From: Candidatus Falkowbacteria bacterium
Lineage (GTDB): Bacteria > Patescibacteriota > Patescibacteriia > Patescibacteriales > UBA12465
Direction of reading: 5' to 3'
NCBI GenBank assembly: GCA_037134915.1
Contig: JBAXLJ010000001.1
Location: 101,484 to 165,483, forward strand
Length of the DNA: 64,000 nt
Positions 47,279-58,000 of the stretch are shown here, one piece after another. Position 1 is the stretch's first letter. Each line of letters starts with the position of its first letter. The notes beneath the pieces were generated by a model. The model had not been told where the DNA came from. It searched no databases and saw only the letters and a list, made by a program, of their open reading frames with translations. The translations under genes and the position numbers were made by a program.

Positions 47279-48197
47279 AATTACCCGGAACAATAACCTC
47301 AAACGGTTTAGTTGTTCCATAAGCTTTATAGCCATCATTGGAACAGAAGCGGATAATATTTTTTTTGAAATAATCGGGCTTCGATTTTTGGATTAAGCCG
47401 GTTAAAAAATAAGTGACCGCCATTAGAGTTCCAAAATCAGCGCTATCTGGCAAATTGATTTCCCAGCGCGCTTCCGGTTCACCAAAGTATAAGTTTTTAC
47501 CAAAACTAATAACTAGTTCTTTTTTATCGCGAACCACAAATTTAGCGTGCCGGGCTTCGCCAAAACTAAAAGCGCGCAGTGACACTTTTGGTCCGAATAA
47601 TTCGTGTCGCTTAGTGTCGAGCATCGGGGCTAAATTGGCAAACTTGTCTGGCAAAATAAAGGCGTAAGACTGATATTGTTTAAAGCGTTTGGGGATTTTT
47701 AGTTTTTTAAGAAATTTTTTAATTGTCTCAGCCTTTTCCCCGGTGGCGCTTAAAATCATGCCTAAGTAAGTCGAAGTATTGTAAGTATAGGGTTCCGGCA
47801 ATTTTTTGTAACTAGTAGTTTGGTCGGCAATTTGAGCGGCACTAGATTCGGGCGAGCAAGTCAGTAGCGCTGTTTTAAGCCCAGATTTTTTAGCCAGTTC
47901 CAATTCCCAAATAGAATCTTTTTCGCCTGAAGCGGAAATAATTACGGCTTCGGTGATGATTTTATCTTTGATTAATTTATCATATTGTTTTAGCACCGCC
48001 TTAAAATCGCTTTCCGTGGCATAGATAGCCGACTGGTTGCCAAAAATTATTTTACCGGTTTGATAAGCGTTACCACTACCAGCGACCAAGGGGAATTTAA
48101 ACCGAGTCACTTCTAGCCGAGGCGCTTCATTTTTACTGAAAAAATCTAGGGCAGCCAGTACGATTTCGTCCAGGGATTTTATCTTATATTTTGTCAT
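47277..48197 (-). CDS. hypothetical protein, possibly a SIS-domain sugar-phosphate isomerase-like protein
   Basis: 306 aa. VAGSGNAY and VIISASGEKDSIWELELAKKSGLKTALLTCSPESSAAQIAD resemble SIS-domain phosphosugar-binding loops. Weak, by-eye assignment. Confidence 0.35.
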   Translation of the reverse strand: MTKYKIKSLDEIVLAALDFFSKNEAPRLEVTRFKFPLVAGSGNAYQTGKIIFGNQSAIYATESDFKAVLKQYDKLIKDKIITEAVIISASGEKDSIWELELAKKSGLKTALLTCSPESSAAQIADQTTSYKKLPEPYTYNTSTYLGMILSATGEKAETIKKFLKKLKIPKRFKQYQSYAFILPDKFANLAPMLDTKRHELFGPKVSLRAFSFGEARHAKFVVRDKKELVISFGKNLYFGEPEARWEINLPDSADFGTLMAVTYFLTGLIQKSKPDYFKKNIIRFCSNDGYKAYGTTKPFEVIVPGN

Positions 48198-48325
48198 AAT
48201 GGTTAAAAGTTATTAATTTTTTGCCCAATTTTATTGGTCTTTTAATTATAGAGGATATTGATTTTTATTTCAATTTAAGATAAGCTAAAAACGAAACTCT
48301 TAAGTTAAATAATTTATTTAAATTT

Positions 48326-49048
48326 ATGTCCGGACACTCCAAATGGGCGACCACTCATCGTCAAAAAGAATTAGTTGATGCTAAACGAGGCGCTATTTTT
48401 ACTAAACTAGCTAACAATATTTCTATTGCTGCCAGGAAGGGCGGTGACCCTAATTCTAATCCATCTTTGCGAGCGGCCGTGGATAAGGCGCGGGAAGCTA
48501 ATATGCCCAAAGATAATGTGGAGCGAGCTATTAAAAAAGGAACTGGTGAGCTCGGTGGCGCTCAAGTGGAAGAACTATATTATGAAGGTCTGGGAGCTTA
48601 CGGTCTTCAAGTAATCGTTAAAAGTGTGACCGATAATAAAAATCGTTCGGCTTCAACTATTCGCCACATCTTTACCAAAAACGGTGGCGCTTTCGGAGCT
48701 GTGATGTGGAATTTTTCCCAACAGGGAGTTTTTATGATTAATCAAGAAGAGCTCGAGGCTAAAAAAATAAATTTTGAAGATTTAGAACTAGAGTTAATTG
48801 ATAATGGAGCGCTCGATATTCAAAAAGAAGCCGAAGGTTTAACTGTCTACAGTGCTCTAAGCGATTTTCAAAAGATGACTGATTTTTTAGCAACCAAGAA
48901 TATTAAAACAGAGTCTGGAGAAATTGAATATGTCGCTCAAGAAAAAATTACTTTAAGTGATGAGGAAAAAGAAAAAACTGAGAAGTTTATCGCTGAGCTT
49001 GAAGATAATGAAGATGTTAGCGATTATTATTTAAATACTGATTTATAA
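48326..49048 (+). CDS. yebC: YebC/PmpR family DNA-binding regulator
   Basis: MSGHSKWATTHRQKELVDAKRGAIFTKL... is the canonical YebC N-terminus. 240 aa. Confidence 0.92.
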   Translation: MSGHSKWATTHRQKELVDAKRGAIFTKLANNISIAARKGGDPNSNPSLRAAVDKAREANMPKDNVERAIKKGTGELGGAQVEELYYEGLGAYGLQVIVKSVTDNKNRSASTIRHIFTKNGGAFGAVMWNFSQQGVFMINQEELEAKKINFEDLELELIDNGALDIQKEAEGLTVYSALSDFQKMTDFLATKNIKTESGEIEYVAQEKITLSDEEKEKTEKFIAELEDNEDVSDYYLNTDL

Positions 49049-49052
49049 AAAT

Positions 49053-49541
49053 ATGGCTCGAATTATCTTGGGGGTTGATCCCGGGATTGCTGATACCGGT
49101 TACGGCGTTATTAGTGATGATGGCGGAAAAATTTCCTGCCTGACTTACGGTTCAATTAAGACTAGTTCCAAGGACGATTTAATTACCAGACTAGATTCTC
49201 TGCACAAACAACTGACCGCTATCATTAAAAAGTATCAACCAGACTTGGCTTCGGTTGAGGAATTGTTTTTTAGCAAGAATGTAAAGACGGCACTGACCGT
49301 CGGTCACGCGCGCGGCGTAATTTTACTGACGCTGAAACAGAATAATTTGACTGTCTTTGAATTTAAACCGTCGCAAGTTAAGCAGGCGGTGTCTTGTTAT
49401 GGGGCCGCTAAAAAAGATCAGGTGCAAAAAATGGTGAAAATGCTGCTTAAACTAGATGAGATTCCTAAACCAGATGATGCGGCTGACGCTCTGGCGATTG
49501 CGATGTGTGCTTTAAATAGTAAGACATATTGTTTGAGATAA
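49053..49541 (+). CDS. ruvC: crossover junction endodeoxyribonuclease RuvC
   Basis: ILGVDPGIADTGYGVI, EELFF, and a C-terminal DAADALAIAMC catalytic acidic pattern. Confidence 0.9.
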   Translation: MARIILGVDPGIADTGYGVISDDGGKISCLTYGSIKTSSKDDLITRLDSLHKQLTAIIKKYQPDLASVEELFFSKNVKTALTVGHARGVILLTLKQNNLTVFEFKPSQVKQAVSCYGAAKKDQVQKMVKMLLKLDEIPKPDDAADALAIAMCALNSKTYCLR

Positions 49542-49596
49542 ACTTTTAAAATATTTGCTATAATTAATTTGTTCTCATTTTTAATTTTTTACTTTT

Positions 49597-50595
49597 ATGA
49601 AAACTGCTGGTAAATTGCCTGTAATTGCGGCTATTTTTGGCAATTCAATCGTTGGTTTAGCTAAATTAGCGGGTTTTTTGGTGACTGGATCTGGGGCAAT
49701 GTTCTCTGAATCAATTCATAGTTTAGCCGATACTCTAAACCAATCTTTATTACTTGTAGGCGTAGAAAGATCACATCTTAAACCGGATCACGACCATCCT
49801 TATGGGCATGGCCGAGAGCGTTATATTTGGGCACTTATTTCTGCTTGCGGTATCTTTTTTATCGGTTGCGGTATTACCGTTTATCATGGTATCGACTCTT
49901 TGATTCATGGACATGAATTTGTTTTTAATTATTTTCCGGTCATTATTTTATTTACCTCTTTTATAATTGAAGGTTTTACTTTTTGGTTAGCTTATCATGA
50001 ACTTAAGACTAGATTTCCTAGAGCCAAATGGAAAACTATTAATAAAAATGCCGACCCGACAACTTTGGCCGTGGTCTATGAAGATGGCCTGGCCGTCTTA
50101 GGTGTTTTAATTGCTCTTTTAAGTATCGTTTTAGCTTTTTTTACCGGACACGCTTATTGGGACAGTATCGGTTCGATTATCATTGGTGTTTTACTAGGTG
50201 TTGTCGCCATTGTTTTAATTAATAAGAATCGCCATTATTTGATTACCAAAGCGATTCCTCACGAGATGGAAGATGATGTCAAAGAAATATTATTGGCTGA
50301 TCCCAGCATCGAAAAAATTTATGATTTTAAATCGGCTATTTTTGATGCCGATAGATATTTAATTAAATGTGAGGTGGAGTTTAATGCTTCGGCACTGATG
50401 AAAGAAATGAATAAATATCATTTCTTATCAGATAAATACGACGAAGTGCAAGGCGATCGGGAAGAATTTAATAAATTCTGTGTGGAGTATTTAGACCGTG
50501 TGCCGCGCTTAGTCGGCAAAAAAATTGATGAAATTGAAAAAAAGATTAAAGAACGTTTTCCGCAGATTGTTTTTATTGATATCGAAATAAATTGA
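49597..50595 (+). CDS. cation diffusion facilitator family transporter
   Basis: Six TM helices, ESIHSLADTLNQ in TM2, HGHGRERY, and a C-terminal cytoplasmic domain. Confidence 0.8.
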   Translation: MKTAGKLPVIAAIFGNSIVGLAKLAGFLVTGSGAMFSESIHSLADTLNQSLLLVGVERSHLKPDHDHPYGHGRERYIWALISACGIFFIGCGITVYHGIDSLIHGHEFVFNYFPVIILFTSFIIEGFTFWLAYHELKTRFPRAKWKTINKNADPTTLAVVYEDGLAVLGVLIALLSIVLAFFTGHAYWDSIGSIIIGVLLGVVAIVLINKNRHYLITKAIPHEMEDDVKEILLADPSIEKIYDFKSAIFDADRYLIKCEVEFNASALMKEMNKYHFLSDKYDEVQGDREEFNKFCVEYLDRVPRLVGKKIDEIEKKIKERFPQIVFIDIEIN

Positions 50596-50616
50596 TTTTT
50601 GTTATAATGATTTTAT

Positions 50617-53202
50617 ATGGCCAAAAAGAAGAAGGATAATAATTTAGATTATTTATCGGTTCCGAAACTTAATTTAGATGAAAAAGCGAAACGCAGTTTA
50701 GGCATTGTGTTTGTTTTTGCTTTTGGTCTAATCAGCCTGCTCGGACTTTTTGATTTATCAGGCGCCGTCGGCACCTTCTTATCAAATTGGCTGACTTTAA
50801 TTTTCGGTTTCGGCAAATGGTTGGTTCCTTTAATTTTTTTATTTTGGGGCCTGCTTTTAGTTCAGAATAAAAAGTACGCGATTTCGGCCAGTGATTATAT
50901 TGGTCTTATTATTTTATTTATTTCTTACCAGACTTTATTTCATTTTTTTATTTCAGAAACTGAATGGAAGAGTACGGTGTTAACGGGTGTCGGCGGTGGT
51001 TATATTGGTTTATGGCTAAGTCAACTGTTTAATTATCTCTTTGGTTTCTGGGGTGGCGTGATTATCCTGCTTTGTTTATTTTTAGTGTCGCTAGTAATTG
51101 TTTTTAACACTTCTCTTTCTAAAATAATTGGCCAAGAAAGTTTCTTAGCGATAATTTTCCGACCCTTTGCTAAACTTTTTAAAATCGCCTTCTCTTCAGC
51201 TGAGTCGTCTGAGGAAAAACCAAAACGCCGTCAGGCCCAGGAATTTATTGAAAGCGCTCGTGAAGAAATTCTGGGGGCTTGGACTAAAAAAGAATTAAGC
51301 CCGGAAGCTTTTATTAGGGCCGAAGAGGCCGGCAGCGTTGTCGAAGAACCGACCGCGGCGGTTTTAAAACAAAATAATCCTAAAATTCAGGAGAAAATTA
51401 ATTGGCCCAAAAAACAGATTAAGATTGATATTCCAGTGGAATTATTAAATCACAAAATCGGCCAGGCAATCGGCGGCGATACTAATGCGGCAGCACTTCG
51501 AATTAAAAAGACTTTGGATAATTTTGGAATTCCGGTGGAAATGGGCGAAACTAAAGTTGGACCAACGGTAACCCAATATACTTTTAAACCTGCTGAAGGT
51601 GTAAAACTTTCCAAAATTACTACTCTTAGCAATGATTTATCTTTAGCCTTGGCGGCTCATCCAATTAGAATTGAGGCGCCAATTCCGGGTCAATCTTTAG
51701 TTGGCATCGAAGTGCCCAATAAAACTAAAGCGATTGTGGGACTTCGCGAAATTTTGGAAGATAATGTTTTTAAAAATCGCAAACACAATTTAATGATTGC
51801 TCTTGGCAAAGATGTGTCGGGCACAGCTTGGATTTATGACATTACTAAGATGCCTCACTTGCTCGTGGCGGGTGCGACTAATTCTGGAAAATCGGTTTGT
51901 CTTAATACAATTATTATTAGTTTGTTATATCAAAACAATCCGGAAGATTTACGCTTTATTATGGTTGACCCTAAACGCGTAGAACTTCCGGCCTATAATG
52001 GTATTCCCCATTTACTGGTTCCGGTAATTACCGATGTTTCTAAAACCATCAACGCCTTAAAGTGGTGCTTGAATGAGATGAATTCTCGTTATGATATTTT
52101 AAATAAATGCGGCAAGAAGAATATCCAGAGCTATAATGCTGACGGCAAGGATAAGCTACCTTATATTGTTTTTGTCATTGATGAGTTGGCTGATTTTATG
52201 ATGACGGCGGGTAAAGAAATGGAAGCGGCCATTATTCGTCTGGCTCAAATGTCTCGAGCTGTGGGCATCCATTTAATCTTAGCTACTCAGCGTCCAAGTG
52301 TGGATGTTATTACAGGGCTTATTAAGGCTAACATCCCAGCTCGGATTGCCTTTTCGGTGACCTCGATGGTTGATTCTAAAACTATTTTAGATATGAGCGG
52401 GGCGGAAAAATTACTCGGTCAAGGTGATATGTTGCTTTCGACCGCTGAACTTTCTAAGCCCAAAAGAATCCAGGGGGCTTATGTTAGCGATGAAGAGATT
52501 AATGATGTGATTAATTATATTAAAGAGAAGAGCGGTGAGCCCGAATATTTAGATGGTGTTACAGAGCGCCAGAAAGTTGGTGGTGTGGCCGGTGTTGGTA
52601 TGGATGGTAATTATGGCGACGAAGATGAGCTGATGGAGCAAGCTAAAGATATTATTGTTGCCGCTGGTCGCGCCTCCACTTCACTTTTACAAAGAAGATT
52701 GTCTATTGGTTATGGTCGGGCAGCTAAAATTTTAGACATGCTCGAAGAAAATGGTTTTATTGGCCCTTCCAACGGTTCAAAACCGCGTGAAGTCTTTGTC
52801 ACTAAAGAACAGCATGAAAATAATGGTGCCATTTCTGGCATGCCAGTTCACAGTCGTAGCGGTTCTAGTGCCCCCGCTTCTTATTTAGAGGAGGGTAACG
52901 ATGATACTTTGCATTTTACTGACTCAAAAGAAGTGGTGGCCGAAATTGAAGAGGAAACCCCGGACTTCTTATTGGATGATAATGGACCAGAGGATGAAAT
53001 AAAAACTGAAGATGAAATCTTAGAAGAGATTGAAGAGGATGTTCAAGATTTAAAAGAAGCTGAGGAAATTGAAGAAACTGAAGAAACTGAAGAAACTGAA
53101 GAAACTGAAGAATTGAAATCAACCGATGAAGATTCTAAATCGGACCCTAAAGCTAAAAGACCTAGGCCGATTGATGACGATGATATGTTTTTTGCTCGGT
53201 AG
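50617..53202 (+). CDS. ftsK: DNA translocase FtsK/SpoIIIE with a long acidic C-terminal tail
   Basis: N-terminal TM helices, motor domain Walker A GATNSGKS, Walker B VIDELAD, gamma winged helix (LLQRRLSIGYGRAAKILDMLEENG), then about 130 mostly acidic residues. Confidence 0.92.
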   Translation: MAKKKKDNNLDYLSVPKLNLDEKAKRSLGIVFVFAFGLISLLGLFDLSGAVGTFLSNWLTLIFGFGKWLVPLIFLFWGLLLVQNKKYAISASDYIGLIILFISYQTLFHFFISETEWKSTVLTGVGGGYIGLWLSQLFNYLFGFWGGVIILLCLFLVSLVIVFNTSLSKIIGQESFLAIIFRPFAKLFKIAFSSAESSEEKPKRRQAQEFIESAREEILGAWTKKELSPEAFIRAEEAGSVVEEPTAAVLKQNNPKIQEKINWPKKQIKIDIPVELLNHKIGQAIGGDTNAAALRIKKTLDNFGIPVEMGETKVGPTVTQYTFKPAEGVKLSKITTLSNDLSLALAAHPIRIEAPIPGQSLVGIEVPNKTKAIVGLREILEDNVFKNRKHNLMIALGKDVSGTAWIYDITKMPHLLVAGATNSGKSVCLNTIIISLLYQNNPEDLRFIMVDPKRVELPAYNGIPHLLVPVITDVSKTINALKWCLNEMNSRYDILNKCGKKNIQSYNADGKDKLPYIVFVIDELADFMMTAGKEMEAAIIRLAQMSRAVGIHLILATQRPSVDVITGLIKANIPARIAFSVTSMVDSKTILDMSGAEKLLGQGDMLLSTAELSKPKRIQGAYVSDEEINDVINYIKEKSGEPEYLDGVTERQKVGGVAGVGMDGNYGDEDELMEQAKDIIVAAGRASTSLLQRRLSIGYGRAAKILDMLEENGFIGPSNGSKPREVFVTKEQHENNGAISGMPVHSRSGSSAPASYLEEGNDDTLHFTDSKEVVAEIEEETPDFLLDDNGPEDEIKTEDEILEEIEEDVQDLKEAEEIEETEETEETEETEELKSTDEDSKSDPKAKRPRPIDDDDMFFAR
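53062..53115 (+). repeat. 9-bp tandem repeat inside the ftsK tail
   Basis: GAAGAAACT occurs four times perfectly (53071-53106) with degenerate flanking copies, encoding EETEETEETEETEE. Confidence 0.9.
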
Positions 53203-53220
53203 TTTAAGTTTAAAAATAAA

Positions 53221-53245
53221 AACTCAGATTTTATCTGAGTTTTTT
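53221..53245 (+). terminator. terminator after ftsK
   Basis: AACTCAGAT TTT ATCTGAGTT followed by a T-run. Confidence 0.8.
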
Positions 53246-53317
53246 GATGCTTTTTAGCCAAAAACCCTTTAAATTTTTATATTATCAAAATCCCTGCTAT
53301 AATACTTTCGTAAATAT

Positions 53318-54754
53318 ATGATTAATTCAATCAAAAAGTTGATTCCTCATAAATTATTTAAGAAAATTCAGCCAGCCTACCATTATATAGTGGCCGCTCT
53401 GGCCGCCTTTTGGTATCGTTACCCCAGTCGTAACTTAATCGTAATTGGCGTTACCGGAACCACCGGTAAAACATCCTCGGTTTATTTCATTGCTAAAGTG
53501 TTAGAATCGGCCGGATATAATGTTGGTTATACCTCCACGGCGATGTTTGATGATGGTAAGCGCGAATGGCTAAATGACAAGAAGATGACCATGCCTGGTC
53601 GTTTTTTTGTACAAAAGATTTTACGCCGGATGGTAAAGAACCGCTGTCAGTATGCGATTGTTGAGACTACCTCTGAAGGCATTGTGCAGTTTAGACACAA
53701 GTTTATTAACTATGATCTTTTGGTGTTTACTGGTTTATATCCGGAACATTTAGAGAGTCATGGTGGTTTTCAAAAATATAAAGAAGCTAAAGGTTTGCTA
53801 TTCGCTCATTTAAAGGAGTGCGCCGTTAAGTATGTAAATGATCAAAAAGCGGTCTGCCATCCGCAAAGCGCTCTTAAGAAATTAGATTATAACCGAGTTA
53901 AAAAAGTAGTTGTGGTTAATGGTGATGATGAAAATTCGCCATATTTTTTAAGTTTCTGGAGTGAAGAGCAGCTCATCTATACTACTAACACGGAATTTAA
54001 TAGCAATCTGTTTATGGAAAATGGCGGCGAGGACAAAATTTTAAAAGATAGTCACGTCTATAATTTTGGCGATGTGGTCGCTTCCGCCGAAGGTACTTCT
54101 TTTAATTTTCAAGACAAGACTATCAATTTAAAACTACTGGGGGATTTTAATGCGGTTAACGCTATGAACGCCGCTTTAGTGGGTTTAAGTCAGGGGCTCT
54201 CTTTAGATCAAGTAAAGACGGGGCTAGAAAGTGTTACTTGTCTGTCGGGAAAAATGGAACGGATTGATTTAGGCCAAGATTTCGGTATTATTGTTGATTA
54301 TTCTTTTGAGCCCCGAGCGATGAATAAAATGTATGAGACCGTTAAATTAATTCCTCATAATAAAATCATTCATTTACTTGGTTCTTGCGGTGGCGGACGA
54401 GATCAGAGTCGTCGGCCAATTTTAGGCTCGATTGCCGGTGAACAGGCCGATTATGTGATTATTACCAACGAAGATCCTTACGACGAGGATCCGCAAGCAA
54501 TTATTAATCAGGTGGCTTCGGGCGCCGAGACAGCCGGTAAAAAATTGAACTATGATTTATTTGAGATAAGCGATCGCCGTGAAGCAATTAATAAAGCCCT
54601 GTTACTGGCAGAAATTGACGATTTAGTCTTAATTACTGGTAAGGGTGCTGAGCAATACATTTGTTTAGCTAATGGTAAAAAAATACCCTGGGACGATAGG
54701 CGCATTGTTCGCGAAGAACTAGCTAAAATAAAGCAAAAAGAAAGCACTGTTTAA
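53318..54754 (+). CDS. Mur ligase family protein, MurE-like
   Basis: P-loop GVTGTTGKTSS, Mur ligase middle and C-terminal domains, and TNEDPYDEDP at the position of the MurE DNPR motif. The N-terminal UDP-binding domain is short. An extended -10 TGcTATAAT lies at 53295-53303. Confidence 0.7.
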   Translation: MINSIKKLIPHKLFKKIQPAYHYIVAALAAFWYRYPSRNLIVIGVTGTTGKTSSVYFIAKVLESAGYNVGYTSTAMFDDGKREWLNDKKMTMPGRFFVQKILRRMVKNRCQYAIVETTSEGIVQFRHKFINYDLLVFTGLYPEHLESHGGFQKYKEAKGLLFAHLKECAVKYVNDQKAVCHPQSALKKLDYNRVKKVVVVNGDDENSPYFLSFWSEEQLIYTTNTEFNSNLFMENGGEDKILKDSHVYNFGDVVASAEGTSFNFQDKTINLKLLGDFNAVNAMNAALVGLSQGLSLDQVKTGLESVTCLSGKMERIDLGQDFGIIVDYSFEPRAMNKMYETVKLIPHNKIIHLLGSCGGGRDQSRRPILGSIAGEQADYVIITNEDPYDEDPQAIINQVASGAETAGKKLNYDLFEISDRREAINKALLLAEIDDLVLITGKGAEQYICLANGKKIPWDDRRIVREELAKIKQKESTV

Positions 54755-54804
54755 AGTTGTAAACAGTTGTGGATAAAATGTGCGAAGACTGCACCTAAAT
54801 ATTG

Positions 54805-54833
54805 TTGACAAAACAAAAAATTTGTAATACAAT
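54805..54833 (+). promoter_or_regulatory. promoter of rpoBC
   Basis: TTGACA (54805-54810), 17-nt spacer, TACAAT (54828-54833). Leaves a leader of about 230 nt. Confidence 0.55.
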
Positions 54834-55068
54834 AAAAATCACAATTCAAATACTAGATAAAATACTAGATACAAACGGTAGACAAGGTGTGAAAACAAAA
54901 AATACCAAATCCGTTTTTTTTGTTGTTTATACTGAAAAAATAGTTAATTCAATAACTTTTTTGTACCAGTGATTTACTCCTTCGCAAGTTAATTGAATAT
55001 TAGATTTTAAGCTTAAATCCTTAAGGGTTTAGGATTTTTTTGTTAAATAAAATTTATTTGGAAATATT

Positions 55069-58000
55069 ATGCTAAAGAATCAGACTGCTAACAAAAAAAT
55101 TGTCGCTCGCAAATTTTTTAACGACCACCAAGAAGTCATGCCAATGCCGGAACTTATTGAGATTCAAAAAGATTCTTATAAGTGGTTTTTAGACGAAGGT
55201 TTAGCCGAGCTGTTTGATGAGATAAACCCGATTACCGACTTTATTGGTCGTGATCTCGAATTATATTTTGAAGATTATTATTTAGATGAACCGAAGTTTA
55301 ATGAAACTGAAAGTCGCGCTAAAAATATCACTTACGAAGCTCCGCTACGCGTTAAGACTAGATTGCTTAACAAAAAAACCAATCAGGCGGTTAATCAGGA
55401 AGTTTATTTAGGTGATTTTCCAGTGATGACTGATAAAGGAACTTTTATTGTTAATGGTATTGAGCGGGTGGTTGTTTCTCAGTTAATTAGATCCGCTGGG
55501 GTAATGTTTACCGCGGAATTTACTAAAGGTAAAAAATGCTACGGGGCTAAGATTATCCCTAATCGTGGGGCTTGGCTCGAAATTGAAACCGATTCTAATA
55601 AAGTAATCTGGGTTCGTATTGATCGTAAGAGAAAAGTGGCAATCACTTCACTTTTGCGCGCTTTTGGTTATGAAACTGATGAAGAAATAATCAGCTTATT
55701 TAAGGATATTGATTTAGTTAAAAATTCTGACGAAAAAACTTATATTGAAGCGACGATTGAGAAAGATGCCGCTAAGACTGAGGCTGAAGGTTTACAGGAA
55801 GTTTACCGACGTATTCGTCCCGGTGATTTAGCCTCGGTTGAGAATGCTCGTCAGTTAATTCATTCCATGTTCTTCCGTTTTGACCGCTACGATTTCGGCC
55901 GCGTGGGACGTTATAAATTAAACCGACGTTTTAGTTTGGATTTAGCCAATAAAAAAGAGAACCGCGTACTTCGCAAAGAAGATTTAGTTTTAATTATCCG
56001 TGAAGTTATCCGTTTAAATATTACCAAGGAACCGGAAGATGATATTGATCACTTGGGTAATCGCCGAGTCCGCGCGATCGGTGGTTTAATCCAAACTCGT
56101 TTTCGTGTTGGCTTATCTCGCATGGAACGGATTATTAAAGACCGAATGTCGACCACCGACATCACGACTTTAACTTCCACTAAATTAATTAATGCTCGTC
56201 CAGTAATTGGGGTGATTAAGGAATTTTTCATGTCATCTCAGTTATCTCAGTTCATGGATCAAACCAATCCGCTAGCCGAGCTTGAACATAAACGTCGTTT
56301 ATCAGCCATGGGTCCTGGTGGTTTGACTCGTGAACGAGCTGGTTTTGATGTCCGTGATGTACACGCCACTCACTATGGACGTATTTGTCCGATTGCGACT
56401 CCTGAAGGTCCAAACATTGGTTTAGTCGGTCACTTATCTACTTATGCTAAATTAAATAGCTACGGCTTTTTAGAAACTCCATATCGTAAAGTCGTTCACG
56501 AAAAAACTGGGAGTCGTGTCACTTCCGAAATTGTTTATATCGACGCTTTTGAAGAAGAAAAATATACCACTGCCGACTCTACTATTCCGACCGATGATAA
56601 AGGTTTAATTTTGGTTAACAAATTCGAAGTCAGAAAACATGGCCAACCTAGTGTAGAAACTTCCGACAAGATTGATTTTGTTGGTGTGGCGGCAAATCAG
56701 ATTATTTCTGTAGCCACTTCTTTGATTCCATTTATGGAACACAACGATGGTCAGAGATCGTTAATGGGTACTAACATGCAACGTCAGGCGGTGCCGCTAA
56801 TTACTAGCGAATCGCCGGTAGTTGGCACCGGCATGGAAGCTCGGGCAGCTTATGACAGCGGTCACGTTATTATTTCTGCCGAAGACGGGCTAGTTACTCG
56901 CGCCGATGGTTTAGAAATTGATGTTGAAAATAAGAAGGGTATAGTTACTAAATATCCGCTTAATAAATTTTTACGATCCAACTCTTCAACTTGTATTAAT
57001 CAACATCCAATTGTCAGTGTCGGTGATAAAGTTCATGCTAATCAGATTATGTCTGATGGGCCGGCTATCGATAATGGTGAATTATCTTTAGGCCGTAACG
57101 TGCTAGTGGCCTTTATGACCTGGGAAGGGTTTAACTATGAAGATGCGGTTATTATTTCTGAGCGCCTAGTTCGTGAAGACGTTTTTTCTTCCATTCATAT
57201 TGAAAATTATACTATCGATGTTCGCGACACTAAGCTTGGTTCCGAAGTGATTACTAATGATATCCCAAATATCAGTGAAGAAAAATTAAATAATCTGGAT
57301 GAAGATGGTATTATTCGAATCGGTGCTGAAGTGTCTTCCGGTGATATTTTGGTTGGTAAAATTACCCCTAAAGGTGAAACTACATTATCCGCTGAAGAAA
57401 AATTATTACGCGCCATCTTTGGTGAAAAAGCTAAAGATGTCCGTGATTCTTCATTATATTTAGAACACGGCGAACATGGAAAAGTCGTTGATGTTAAAGT
57501 TTTCTCCCGTGAAGAAGGCGATAAGTTATCTGCCGGAGTACTTAAATCTATCCAAGTTTCCGTCGCTAATCTACGTAAGATTCAAGTTGGTGATAAGATG
57601 TCCGGTCGCCACGGTAATAAAGGAGTTATTTCTAAGGTTGTGCCTGATGAGGATATGCCTTACATGGCCGATGGAACACCAATTGATATAATTTTATCGC
57701 CATTAGGTATTATTTCTCGTATGAACTTGGGTCAGTTACTAGAAACTCACTTAGGTTTCGCGGCTCATAAACTAGGTTATAAAGTGGCCACTCCTGCCTT
57801 AAATGGTATCTCCGAGCAACAGATTAGAGACGAGCTTATAAAAGCTGGTTTACCAGAGGATGGTAAAGTAACTCTTTACGACGGTAAGACCGGTATCGCC
57901 TACGATCACACAATTACGGTTGGTTATAAATATGTTTTGAAATTAAATCATATGGTGGAAGATAAAATCCACCAACGTTCAATTGGTCCATACTCACTTA

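Noticed and set aside
53062-53115. Short tandem repeats as a possible CRISPR array or minisatellite.
   Set aside because: The 9-bp units have no spacers and are in frame inside ftsK. No CRISPR-like repeat-spacer pattern exists anywhere in the window.
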